Assembly: GCA_031409655.1 (NCBI GenBank)
Contig: JANNXQ010000047.1
Span: 1-50,064 of the forward strand
Reading direction: 5' to 3'
Length of the DNA: 50,064 nt
From: Chthoniobacteraceae bacterium
GTDB taxonomy: Bacteria > Verrucomicrobiota > Verrucomicrobiia > Chthoniobacterales > Chthoniobacteraceae
The notes beneath the pieces are model-generated. The model had not been told where the DNA came from, did no database searches, and saw only the letters and a list, made by a program, of their open reading frames with translations. Shown in pieces: positions 9,352 through 19,013 of the stretch. Made by a program: the position numbers and the translations under genes. Every line of letters starts with the position of its first letter. The stretch's first letter is position 1.

Positions 9352-9458
9352 GAGTCGCTTCTACGACTGACCACGCTGCGGCGACAACACTAAAGAAGGG
9401 AATTTTTTCCGGAAAAATGAGGGAGATTTTTATCCGCTTTCCCCAGTGGACGCTTGAC

Positions 9459-10505
9459 TCAATCAGCGCGGGGCGTCTTCGCGTCGCGATAGACGCGCGC
9501 GAGTCGCAACATTGCGGCCTCGAGTTGCGCGAAGTATTCCCCCTCCGTCAGCGTGCTCTTCGCTTCGCGCAGACGCGCGATTTCCATCTCGAGGGCGTCG
9601 CGTTCCCTGCGCACTGCGGGCGAAAGTTCGCGCTCCGCAGTCCCCGGCACGAGATGCATCTGGTGCGCGCGCAAGCCGTCGGGAAGCCCGCCAGTGCTTG
9701 CTTTCTTGACCACGCGCAGTCCCGCAAACCAATCCGCCGGCGTGCCGCGACTGTCGCCGTTGTCGTCGAGGATCGAATGCTCCGTGGCGATCCGGCCTTC
9801 GGATTGGTAGAAGTCCGCCGTCTCCTGCGCGGCGCGCAGCCACGCTTCGAGCAGCGACGTTTGACCGTCGTGATCGAGATCCGCAGTTTCATCCGCGATG
9901 GCCTCGGAAAGGTAGCGGCCGAGGCGCGCATAGTTGTTTTCGCTGCCGCTCTTGGTTGCGGTGAGCACGATGCGACCGGGCACGGAGAGCGGCGTGAGAA
10001 AGGCGCCGCTCGCGGAAAATGCCGCGACGATCACGACCGGTCGCTGCATCGGTTTCAACCACTCGGCGAGTTCGGCTGCCGTGAGATCCGCGCCGCGCAG
10101 ATTGAACTTTGGCTCGCGTCCGTCGGTGGTCCCATGGCCGAGGAGCACGAGCCACAGCGGTTGCTCGCCGGTCGCGGATTCCTGCTGCAAGGCGCTGCGC
10201 AGCGGGGTCAGGCATTCTTCCTCCGCACTGGGCAAGCCGATCGTCGTCACGCGCGCTCCCCCCTTCACGCCCGCCTGCCGCCAGTTCTCCAGCCACTTGG
10301 CGAAAGCCGCGTCGTAGTCGCTTCCTCCACCGGCGCCCGCGACGACGATCAGCGAAGGGGATGGCGTCGCGGCTTCCTGGCCATGCGTTGTCGCGACCAC
10401 GCCGACGAAGGCAAGGAGGCGCACCAAGGAGCAGGGGCGGCCACGCCCCCAGGGAGATGTTGCTCGGGGCGAGGGCGCCCCTGCTCCTTGGTAGTTACTT
10501 TTCAT
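9459..10505 (-). CDS. Secreted caspase/C13-peptidase-like (clan CD fold) protein
   Basis: LIVVAG, WLVLLGHG, VIVAAFSASGAF, RIVLTAT; ATGA-coupled to upstream gene (alternative GTG start at 10424). Confidence 0.6.
   Translation of the reverse strand: MKSNYQGAGAPSPRATSPWGRGRPCSLVRLLAFVGVVATTHGQEAATPSPSLIVVAGAGGGSDYDAAFAKWLENWRQAGVKGGARVTTIGLPSAEEECLTPLRSALQQESATGEQPLWLVLLGHGTTDGREPKFNLRGADLTAAELAEWLKPMQRPVVIVAAFSASGAFLTPLSVPGRIVLTATKSGSENNYARLGRYLSEAIADETADLDHDGQTSLLEAWLRAAQETADFYQSEGRIATEHSILDDNGDSRGTPADWFAGLRVVKKASTGGLPDGLRAHQMHLVPGTAERELSPAVRRERDALEMEIARLREAKSTLTEGEYFAQLEAAMLRLARVYRDAKTPRAD
10423..10492. repeat. REP-like inverted doublet within the ORF 5' end
   Basis: 27-bp arms with 2 mismatches; 10466-10490 identical to 33080-33104. 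Confidence 0.8.
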
Positions 10506-12862
10506 GCGAGTCCTTTCCATCTTCTCAGTCCCCATTCGCTGACGAAGCAGGCGAGCGCGAAAAGGAACATCGCGGGGGTGTGCCAGAGCGGTTGGGTCCA
10601 CGTCTCCGTGACGGGCGCGCTCTTTTCTTGAAGGACCCGCGCGAAGGCATCGAGATCATCGGGCGCAAGCACTCGGCCTCCAGTCTTGCGCGCGATGGTT
10701 TCCAGAAGCGCGCGATTCGGAGTGAGCGTCTGGAATTCCGCGGCAGCCAGATCCGTCGTCCAGCCAGTCGCGCCGTGGCCCACCTTGGCCCCGGCTTCGT
10801 TGGTCACCGCGGCCTCCACCCGGTAGCCGCCATTCTCGCGCGGGAGGTAGCTGGCTTCGTAGAGCCCGGGCTCTTCCGGCGAGGCTTCCGCGGTGAGCGT
10901 GGCCGGCGCGCCCGCTCCGATGGGCTGGACCTTCAGCGTCACGCCAGCGTTATCCAGCGGCTGAAATTTCAAGTCGCGCGCGCGCACTTGCAGGCGCACG
11001 GATTCGCCGCCGGGCTGCGGTTCGGCGCGCAGGTCGATCGCCTCCGGCACATCCGCGACGAGCCAGCGAATCATCTGCCGCCACAGCTTGCTGAGATCTT
11101 TCACCTGCGCCTCATCACCGAGACCGGCGTGCCACAGATCACCGACGAGGACCGCACCGCTGCGCCCGCGGCCGAAGCGCTGCGTCACGATCGCCGGATA
11201 TTCCGTGCGCCCGTCGCTCACTTTGGCCACCACCATTGCCGCGGGCTTGATCGTCGGTGCGCCATTGAGCACGTCGAAGGTCGGTTGCTCGTCGAGTCGG
11301 CGTTGCTCTTCGGCTTCATTTGTCCGGAGACGCGCCCACGGCTGGAGCCAGCCTTCGCGCGTGAGCGTCAGCCGGAGTGCGGAGTCCTGCGGGGGCACCG
11401 CCGTCTGGTCGAGATAGATGGGCAGCAGGTCGCCGATGGCCGTGCGCACATACTTGCCTTCGGCAAAGGATTCCATGCCGCCGAGCATCAGGAAGCCGCC
11501 GCCGCGCTCGCTCACGAAACGCTGCAGGAGGCTCATTTGATCGGCGGTGAAAAACTCCGCCTCGAGGTCGTCGATGATCACCGCGCGATATTTGAAAAGC
11601 TCCTCCGCCGTCTTGGGAAAACCTTCCCGCAACTCGAATTCATCCTGCACATTCAGCCGCCGAAAGACGGGCTGATCGTAGCGCTCGACATCTTCCTTCG
11701 ATTGATTGCCGAAGCCGCGGAAGAGCGGATTGCTGGACTCTCCGGTGCGTCCGAGGAACTCAAATTTCGGTTCGCGTTTCGCGATGCGGATGAGCCCGAC
11801 GAGTTCCGTCTGGGCGTCGCCGAGGATCGCGCGCTGGAGAAATTTGTATTCCCAGTTTGGCCGGCCGCTGACGTAGAGGACACGCAGCTTTTCGCTGCCG
11901 CGATCCACGGAGACGACGGTCTCATTGTTCGCGAGGGTCGCTTCCGTGCTGCCTTCCGATTCCGCGTCCCACTCGCTTTTCGTCGCGATGCGCAGCTTGT
12001 AAAAAAGCACGCCCGTCTTCTCCGGGCGGAACTGGAAGCGGAAGACGAACTTCCCGCTGTCGCGCGGCACGGTGAGCGTCTGTTCGGCGATGGCCCGCGC
12101 AGGCGTGGTCGCGGGCGCCGCATCGGGGGTGATCTCGTCCAACCGGCCCACGATCTCCTCGCCCGCGCAACCGACCGCCAGCACTTCCGCCTGGACCGTG
12201 ACCGGCGCATCTTCAAAGGCGGTCTGCGAAACCGTGGTATTGACGATCGCGAGATCGCGCGGCGGCTGTTCCGCGCCAAAGACCACCGGATAGATCGGCG
12301 GCAGGCCGGAAAGATCCGCACCTTCCAGATCCGCCGCGACGCCGTCCGTGAGCAGGATGATATGAGCGAGCGACTGGCCGCGGTGACGTTCGCCGAGCGT
12401 CTTGAGCGCGCCGCCGAGCGCGCTGCTGCGACCCTCAAAGGCCAGTTCGCGGAAGTCCTGCGTGGCCTGGAGGCGCGAATCCACGAGGTAGTTGCGGACC
12501 TCGAAATTCTCCGCGAGTAGGGGCCTCCAGAGATTGCGCTCGCCGACCACGAAGCGGAGCAGGGTTTCGCCGCGCGTCTCCTTTTCTCCGCGGCCATGGA
12601 GCTTCATGCTCAGGCTATTGTCGGCGAGGACGGCGACCATGTTTGCGCCGGGCTTCGCGCGTTCGCGGCTCCACATCGGCTCGAGCAGGCAGGCGACCAG
12701 CGCCACGAAGCCGAGGAGCTTCAGGGCCGCGCACGCGAGACGCAGCCCGGGCGGTGCTGAGGTGCGCAGATACGACGTGGCGACGAAGATGACCGCCAGC
12801 ACGACGGCAATCGCCGACGGCCATAGCCAGTCGCGTCCTGCGAGGAAGAGCGCACCAATCAT
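10502..12862 (-). CDS. Membrane protein with vWA and class I glutamine amidotransferase-like (DUF1355-type) domains
   Basis: Two N-terminal TM helices, LADNSLSM MIDAS, ILLTDG, WEYKFL, GGGFLMLGG, C-terminal TM with EWGLRR. Confidence 0.8.
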   Translation of the reverse strand: MIGALFLAGRDWLWPSAIAVVLAVIFVATSYLRTSAPPGLRLACAALKLLGFVALVACLLEPMWSRERAKPGANMVAVLADNSLSMKLHGRGEKETRGETLLRFVVGERNLWRPLLAENFEVRNYLVDSRLQATQDFRELAFEGRSSALGGALKTLGERHRGQSLAHIILLTDGVAADLEGADLSGLPPIYPVVFGAEQPPRDLAIVNTTVSQTAFEDAPVTVQAEVLAVGCAGEEIVGRLDEITPDAAPATTPARAIAEQTLTVPRDSGKFVFRFQFRPEKTGVLFYKLRIATKSEWDAESEGSTEATLANNETVVSVDRGSEKLRVLYVSGRPNWEYKFLQRAILGDAQTELVGLIRIAKREPKFEFLGRTGESSNPLFRGFGNQSKEDVERYDQPVFRRLNVQDEFELREGFPKTAEELFKYRAVIIDDLEAEFFTADQMSLLQRFVSERGGGFLMLGGMESFAEGKYVRTAIGDLLPIYLDQTAVPPQDSALRLTLTREGWLQPWARLRTNEAEEQRRLDEQPTFDVLNGAPTIKPAAMVVAKVSDGRTEYPAIVTQRFGRGRSGAVLVGDLWHAGLGDEAQVKDLSKLWRQMIRWLVADVPEAIDLRAEPQPGGESVRLQVRARDLKFQPLDNAGVTLKVQPIGAGAPATLTAEASPEEPGLYEASYLPRENGGYRVEAAVTNEAGAKVGHGATGWTTDLAAAEFQTLTPNRALLETIARKTGGRVLAPDDLDAFARVLQEKSAPVTETWTQPLWHTPAMFLFALACFVSEWGLRRWKGLA

Positions 12863-12884
12863 TGAGCAGAGGACCGCGTTTCCA

Positions 12885-15800
12885 TCAGCGGCTCTGGCCC
12901 AGATCTTCGTAGTAGCGGCGGACGCGCTCGGCGTATTTCGTGGGCACCGGGTCGCGATCGATGGGGACGAGATTTTCCTTGGAATCGCGGCGCGCGAGTT
13001 CTTCCGAAAGTCGCGAACGCAGTTCGGCGAGCGGCGCGCCGATCTTCGTCTGCACGAGGTCCCAATTTGGCGTGACGCTATGCCGCTTGAATTCCGCGCG
13101 CACGCCCTTGGCGGCTTCGCGGACACGCGCGACTTCGGTGCGAAGGTTGGCGTCGTCGAGCATCTCCTCGACATTGCGCAGCCGGTCCGACCACTCGACA
13201 AAACGCTCGCCCGTCAAAGGACCAGCCATCTCGCCATCGACCGGCCCGCCAGTGCTTCCGCCTTCATTGCCACCCGTGCGGCGACCGCCGCGCTGGCCGG
13301 GCTTGTTGGTGAGTTCTGCGAGACGCGAACCTGCCCGACTGCCCTGGCCCGTAGGACTGCCGCTCTGTGAAGGATCCTGCCCACCGGCCATTTGCCCACC
13401 CTGTCCGGGCTGCTGCCCTTGTCCGGGTTGCTGACTTTGTCCGGGCTGTTGTCCTTGTCCGGGCTGCTGACCTTGTCCGGGTTGCCGTCCTTGTCCGGGT
13501 TGCTGTCCTTGTCCGGGTTGCTGTCCTTGTCCGGGCTGCTGACCTTGTCCGGGCTGCTGCCCTTGTCCGGGCTGCTGCCCTTGTCCAGGCTGCTGACTTT
13601 GTCCGGGTTGCTGACTTTGTCCGGGTTGCTGACTTTGTCCGGGCTGCTGACCTTGTCCGGGCTGCTGACCTTGTCCGGGCTGCTGACCTTGTCCGGGTGG
13701 TTGCCCTTGTCCGGGCTGTTCGCCAGCGCGCGGATCGGAGCCTCCGGGGAGCGCGCCCGTCTCGGGTGCTGGTCCCGGCGTCTCGCCGGGACGAACTTCC
13801 CCCGGTGTCCGCCCTTGCGAATCGCGGCCAGGCTGCTGTGAGTCTGTCGAAGCCTGCGCGGGCAGGACGCCCTCGCCAGTGGCCGGGGCGGGCGCGCTCC
13901 CCGGAGGCTGCGTTTCGCCCGGTTGCCGTGAGTCGGCCGCCATCGCCAGATCCGGACGCGCGCGCGCGATTTCGCGATTGAGTTCCTGCCCGAGCGCCTC
14001 GATCTCCGCTCGCGCCTGTCGCAGCGCCTCCGCTTCATCGCCCAGCACCGCCTCCGCCGCGCGCTCCACACCGGTCTTGAGATCGTTGATTTCCTCCCGC
14101 GCCTTTTGCTCAAACTGCCGCGCCTGCTCATTGAGCCCCCGCTGCGTGAGGATGCCCGTCTTTTCCAAAGTATCGCCAGTGGCCGCCTGCGCGTTCTTCC
14201 GCAGCGCATCATAAAGTTCCTTCGCGAGCAGAGGCTCCGCGGCCTCCGCCTGCTCGCTCACCCGCTTCATGTTTTCCGTCAGCTTGGTGAGATCGCCCTG
14301 CTGCTGCTCGAGTTGCTTGGTCACCTGCTCGCGCTCGCTACTGCCATCGAGGGTGCGGCGCTCGGGCTTCTTCGCCGTCGGCTGCAATTTCTCCGCGAGC
14401 TCCTCCTGCTTCTGCGCGAGTTCGCGCGCATCGGTCCGCATCTGCCGCATGTCTTCATTAAATTGCCCGCTGGTCTTCTTGCGGAATTCATCGCGCAGAT
14501 CCTCCAGGCTTTCCTGCGCCCGCGTGCCGCTGGCCAGCGCCTTCGAAGCCTGCTGCTGTTCCATGGCCTCGGCGGCTTTTTGCACATCGTCGCGCGTCTT
14601 TTCGAGCTGCTTGCGCTCCTCGGAAAATTGCGCCTGCTGCGGGGATTGCTCCATCTTCTGCTTCGTCTCATCGAGATCCGCGAGGAGCTGCTGCTCTTCC
14701 TCGCGCAGCCGCTTGAGCTGGCGGCGGATCTCCTCTTTCTGCTCCTCCGTCTTCGCTTCCTGGAGCGCGGTCTGCAGCTCCTTCACGCGTTCATTGATGT
14801 CGTTCTGTCGCTGCGCCAGTTCCTTGAGGCGATTCAAAATGGCGAGCTGTTCCTTCTGTTCCTCATTCTGCTGCGACTCGGCCTCGCTCTTGGTTTCGTA
14901 GCGCTCCTTCTCATCCTTCATCTCCAGTTCATCGAGCTGCCCCTGCCGGCTCTGCGCACCCTTTCCTTTGCCCTTGCTCTTGCTGATTTGAAACTCGTGC
15001 GCCGCCAGCTTGAGCAGCGCATTGTAGCTGTTCTGTTCCGCCGTCAGCGCCTCGGCGAGCACTGCCGGCACCTTCTCCGCGGCCACGAGTTTGTCCGCGG
15101 CCGACTGCATCTCCGCGACGACCTTTTCCATCAGCGCCTGCGACTTCGGATCTTCGAGCTTCTCGCCGAGTTCCGTCGCCTGCTTGAGCGCTTCCGCTTG
15201 CGAGTCGCGCACTACGGGTTCGTCTTTCAAATACTTCTCGCTCGGATCGGTCCCCGGACGCGCGTCTTCGGCGCGCTGGAGATTCCAGGTCGCGGTGACG
15301 ATTTGCTTTTGAACTTCGGCAAGCTTCTCCGCCTCGCCGCCTCCGCCAGACCCACTGCCTTCACCACTCTGGCTGTCCCCCGGTCGGTAGATTTCTTCAA
15401 AGGGCCGCACTTCGGCAAAATACATGTCCGTCGCGGAGCGGCGCGGCTGACCGTCCGGCCCTGTGTCCTCGGCCCACAGATACCACGAGATGAGTTCGTC
15501 GGGCTTCATCCCGAGTTCTTCCAGCTTCAGCAAATGGGCGAGCTGCTGCTTCTCATCGGCCTTCGTCTCGCGACCCAGTTCCACATCTTGCGAAGGTTTC
15601 CCGGCGACGGTGTAAGTGAGCCCGTAGCGCGCGATCCCGAAGTCGTCCCAGACCTCGGCGCGAAACGCCACTTCCTCGATCGGCGAAACCTTCCGGTCCC
15701 CTTTCGGCGTCGCGATCTTCAACTCTGGCCGGCGATTCGGCGTCGCCTCAACGATGAATTGCGCGGGGATTTTGTTCGCGCGTCCGTCGGCGTCCTTCAG

Positions 15801-16853
15801 CTCCAGGGCAAAGCTCTGACTCGTGCGGATCGGCAGCTCCGTGAGCGTCGCCACGGCTTTGTCGGGATCCACGGTGAGCGGCACCTTCGTCCCGTCCTTC
15901 GCGATCAGGGTCGCGGACTTCACGACCTTGTTGAGTTGAAAGGCGACGTCGAGCTTGGTGCCTTCGACCGCGGTGACGCGCCGGGTGTCGGCGATCTTTT
16001 TCTCCTCCAGCTTCGTGTACTCGGGATAGCGCAGCGTCGCATCCGCGCGGTCCAGCCGCGGGTGTTCAAAGACCTTCACCGTGAAGTCGCGCGTGACTTC
16101 GCCGGCGTATTCGATGCGGTAGGAAAGGTCGCCATCGACTTCGGGCAGACCGCCGCCGAAGACCGGATCATCGAGGTTTTTCACCAGCGGAATGCGCTGC
16201 GGCGGCTGGTTCTTTGGTTGAATGACGAGCACCGCTTCGCTCGGCACGGCGCGGTGAAATTTTGCGAGCACGATGAGCCCCGAGCCGCGTTCGACGGTCG
16301 CGTCGCCGGGCGTCACCGTCACGGGTTCCGCGCTTTTCTCCGCCACCCGCTCGCTGGTTCTGAGCGCCGGTTTCCCGGTGTGATAGGAGAGCGTGAAAAG
16401 TGCCGCGACGAGCGCCGCGACCGCACCGCCCCAAGTCCACAGGCGCGACGTGGGCACGCTATCGATCCAGTCCGCTTTGCGCGCCGCTTCGAGCGTTTGC
16501 TGGATGACGCGTTGCTGGAGGAAGCCGAGTTCGCCAGTCTTCGCATCGGGCTTCTGCTCGACGGCGGTGAGGAGCAGGGTGTGCAATTCCGGGTGCTTGT
16601 TTTCGACCGCGTGCGCGATGCCGAGGTAGTCGGGCTCCCAGCGATTCGTCCGCCGCGCGACGAGCCGCGCGATGATGAAAAGCACGAGGAAGAGCAGCAC
16701 CGCGGGAATGGCGAATCTTTCCCGCAGCGCGTAGAGGATCGCAGCCAGCGCGGTGAAACCGGCGAGCCAGGCGGCCATGGTGCGGAGGTAGAGGAGATTG
16801 CGCTGCCGGGCGACGACGGGTGCGAGGGCGTGTTTGAGGAGCGGCGTGATCAT
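12885..16853 (-). CDS. Large membrane-anchored Ig-like/coiled-coil protein (DUF4175-like)
   Basis: Three TM segments, YPEYT, DDFGI, VRPFEE, long E/Q/K heptads, C-terminal DPVPTKYAERVRRYYEDL. Confidence 0.75.
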   Translation of the reverse strand: MITPLLKHALAPVVARQRNLLYLRTMAAWLAGFTALAAILYALRERFAIPAVLLFLVLFIIARLVARRTNRWEPDYLGIAHAVENKHPELHTLLLTAVEQKPDAKTGELGFLQQRVIQQTLEAARKADWIDSVPTSRLWTWGGAVAALVAALFTLSYHTGKPALRTSERVAEKSAEPVTVTPGDATVERGSGLIVLAKFHRAVPSEAVLVIQPKNQPPQRIPLVKNLDDPVFGGGLPEVDGDLSYRIEYAGEVTRDFTVKVFEHPRLDRADATLRYPEYTKLEEKKIADTRRVTAVEGTKLDVAFQLNKVVKSATLIAKDGTKVPLTVDPDKAVATLTELPIRTSQSFALELKDADGRANKIPAQFIVEATPNRRPELKIATPKGDRKVSPIEEVAFRAEVWDDFGIARYGLTYTVAGKPSQDVELGRETKADEKQQLAHLLKLEELGMKPDELISWYLWAEDTGPDGQPRRSATDMYFAEVRPFEEIYRPGDSQSGEGSGSGGGGEAEKLAEVQKQIVTATWNLQRAEDARPGTDPSEKYLKDEPVVRDSQAEALKQATELGEKLEDPKSQALMEKVVAEMQSAADKLVAAEKVPAVLAEALTAEQNSYNALLKLAAHEFQISKSKGKGKGAQSRQGQLDELEMKDEKERYETKSEAESQQNEEQKEQLAILNRLKELAQRQNDINERVKELQTALQEAKTEEQKEEIRRQLKRLREEEQQLLADLDETKQKMEQSPQQAQFSEERKQLEKTRDDVQKAAEAMEQQQASKALASGTRAQESLEDLRDEFRKKTSGQFNEDMRQMRTDARELAQKQEELAEKLQPTAKKPERRTLDGSSEREQVTKQLEQQQGDLTKLTENMKRVSEQAEAAEPLLAKELYDALRKNAQAATGDTLEKTGILTQRGLNEQARQFEQKAREEINDLKTGVERAAEAVLGDEAEALRQARAEIEALGQELNREIARARPDLAMAADSRQPGETQPPGSAPAPATGEGVLPAQASTDSQQPGRDSQGRTPGEVRPGETPGPAPETGALPGGSDPRAGEQPGQGQPPGQGQQPGQGQQPGQGQQPGQSQQPGQSQQPGQSQQPGQGQQPGQGQQPGQGQQPGQGQQPGQGQQPGQGRQPGQGQQPGQGQQPGQSQQPGQGQQPGQGGQMAGGQDPSQSGSPTGQGSRAGSRLAELTNKPGQRGGRRTGGNEGGSTGGPVDGEMAGPLTGERFVEWSDRLRNVEEMLDDANLRTEVARVREAAKGVRAEFKRHSVTPNWDLVQTKIGAPLAELRSRLSEELARRDSKENLVPIDRDPVPTKYAERVRRYYEDLGQSR
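13392..13715 (-). repeat. 18 x 18-bp coding tandem repeat (PGQGQQ)
   Basis: Units such as CCCGGACAAGGTCAGCAG; translation PGQ[G/S]QQ x18. Confidence 0.95.
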
Positions 16854-16922
16854 AGGTCGGGTGCGCAGTGAAACTCCGGCACGGCGCGGGCGTCGTGGAG
16901 CGGGATCGAGGCGGCGGATGAA

Positions 16923-19013
16923 TCAGGTCGCGGCATGGCTCGGAGTGGTGCGCGACAGTCTGCCTGCGATGAGCGTCTCCAGCAACAGGACTCCCAGCGC
17001 GGCGACGACCAGCCAGCGCCAGAGCTTTTGCCGGTGCTCGATCTCGATGGCCTCCGCGCGCGACTTGCTCAAGGCGAGTTCCGCCGGCGTCGGCGCGAGG
17101 GCCTGGTGCAAAGGAACTCCGAGACTCGTGAAGCGCTCGGCGGTCAGCGGCGCGACGCGACTTTCATCTGGCGTGAGATTCACGACGAAGCGCAGCGTGC
17201 CCGGCGTGATCGAATAAATGCCGGGCTGATCGGTGGCGGCGAATTTCGAGCCAGCCTCGGCGGTGACTTCGGTGCCGTCGGGCTTGCGAATCGTGAGTGG
17301 CTGCGGGCCGGGCGGGAGCGGGACTTCGTCGCCAATCAGATACTGCGCTTTTTGCACGGGCAGATTGCTGCTCTGCTCGAGCAGAGCATTGAGGAGAGGG
17401 ACAAATTTCGACGAGAGCGCGAGCTGGCTGTCCGCGGGCCGCCAACTGCTCGTCAGCACCACGACGTGCCCTTTGCCCAGCGGCACCTGCATGATTGCGG
17501 GATCGCCATTCTCGAAAGCCGCGAGGACGCGCGCGCCGGTGAACTGCGCCGGATCCAGCCGACGGTATTTCCAAAAGTGGATCTTCGTGAAATCGCTGAA
17601 GCGCGGGTCGGCGAAGGGCGTGAAGAGCGGATGCTGAAAGTCGATCTGCGCGAGGAGCGCGTAGTCGCGCACGGTGCCTTCAGCCACCTTCCCGACGCTC
17701 TCCGGCGACTCCAGCAAGCGACCGAGCATGGCCGCGCTTCCCACCGACGTGAGCGGCACGAGGACGATGCGCCCTTCAGCCGCAAACTGCCGCACGGAAG
17801 CAAGCGCCGCATCGGAAGCACCGTCACCCAGCACCGCGAGCTGCGCCTGCTGAAGCTGGAAACCCGGCACCGCTTCCGCGCCGCGGTGGGCGATGATCTC
17901 GACGCGCTGCCGGCGAGTGACCGGAAAGGCGCGGCGCAGGTAGTAGAGGGAGCCGCGCGCGTCTTCATCCCCATCCGCGCCGATGAAGAGCACCGGGAGC
18001 TGCGTGGGCGCGGGAGGGAGGATGAAGACGGTATTGTCGAAAGGAGTGTCGTCGCCCGTGAGTGCGAGTGCCGTGGGGCGGTCGGTGGGTTGCTTTGGGG
18101 CGCGGACGATCCGGCTCTGGCCCGCGGGCACATAGGCATCGAGCTTCGCAGTGTCGTCGGTCGGCGCGGTGCCGGCCCAGCGCAGTTGCAGTTGATCGCT
18201 CCGCGCGCCGGCGGAGTTCGTGACGCGCAGCCGGAGCGGCGGGTCGTCGGACGGCTTCTCATTTTCCTCCGACTCGGAGACCCAGTGGACGCTGGCGTTC
18301 GGTCCGTTTTTCCCCTGCACCGGCGCGAGCACCACTTCGAGCCCGCGCGGCCATTCCCAGCCTTGGATGCCATCCAGCCGACTACCCTCTTGCAGGTCGC
18401 TCACGATCACGATTTCGCGGGCCTTCGCGCCGTTCTTCTCTGGCTGTTCGAGGAGTTCCGCCGCTTCGATCAACGCCGCGTCGAGATGCGTTGCCGCCCA
18501 ACTGGGTGTCACCGCAGCGAGACGCTCTCCGGCGATGGCCGCGCGCTCATCCGGGCCGAGCCCGCGCAATTCTTCAAAGCTGACGAGCGAGCGCACGGTG
18601 CGATCAAATACGAGCACCGCAACCTCATCGGCCGGCGTCGCCTGTTCGAGTAACAAACCCACCCAGTCCTGCGCCTCGGCCCACAACTCCTCGCGCCGCA
18701 TACTGGCACTGGTGTCCACGAGGATCACCGTGCGCTTGCCCGCATTCGCCGCGGGCGGCGGAGCATCGCCAGCGCGCTGGAGGAAAGGTCGCCCAAAGCC
18801 AAGCGCGAGCAGCGCGATGGCCAGGCAGCGGAGCAAAAGGAGCCAGAAATTTTCCAGCCGACTCCGGCGCGTGACCCGCGGCGGCGTGGGTGAAAGAAAC
18901 ATCAGCGAACTGAACGGCGTGACCTCGCGCGTCGGCCGGCGAATGAGGTGAAACAAAATCGGCCCCACCACCGCGAGCGTGCCGAGCAGGAAGAGCGGTG
19001 CGAGAAAGCTCAT
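16923..19013 (-). CDS. BatA-type N-terminal double-TM + vWA + GATase-like domain protein
   Basis: MSFLAPLFLLG..PILFHLI..FSSLMFL, LLLLRCL..FGRP, VDTSASM, IVSDLQ, NLTPDES, C-terminal TM. Confidence 0.85.
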   Translation of the reverse strand: MSFLAPLFLLGTLAVVGPILFHLIRRPTREVTPFSSLMFLSPTPPRVTRRSRLENFWLLLLRCLAIALLALGFGRPFLQRAGDAPPPAANAGKRTVILVDTSASMRREELWAEAQDWVGLLLEQATPADEVAVLVFDRTVRSLVSFEELRGLGPDERAAIAGERLAAVTPSWAATHLDAALIEAAELLEQPEKNGAKAREIVIVSDLQEGSRLDGIQGWEWPRGLEVVLAPVQGKNGPNASVHWVSESEENEKPSDDPPLRLRVTNSAGARSDQLQLRWAGTAPTDDTAKLDAYVPAGQSRIVRAPKQPTDRPTALALTGDDTPFDNTVFILPPAPTQLPVLFIGADGDEDARGSLYYLRRAFPVTRRQRVEIIAHRGAEAVPGFQLQQAQLAVLGDGASDAALASVRQFAAEGRIVLVPLTSVGSAAMLGRLLESPESVGKVAEGTVRDYALLAQIDFQHPLFTPFADPRFSDFTKIHFWKYRRLDPAQFTGARVLAAFENGDPAIMQVPLGKGHVVVLTSSWRPADSQLALSSKFVPLLNALLEQSSNLPVQKAQYLIGDEVPLPPGPQPLTIRKPDGTEVTAEAGSKFAATDQPGIYSITPGTLRFVVNLTPDESRVAPLTAERFTSLGVPLHQALAPTPAELALSKSRAEAIEIEHRQKLWRWLVVAALGVLLLETLIAGRLSRTTPSHAAT

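Noticed and set aside
13392..13715. CRISPR array
   Set aside because: Contiguous in-frame 18-bp units with no spacers, and no cas genes.
14106..16871. Long antisense ORFs (also 2720-4273, 10109-12520, 22712-25540, 43192-45237)
   Set aside because: Shadow frames of real high-GC genes with no recognisable motifs.
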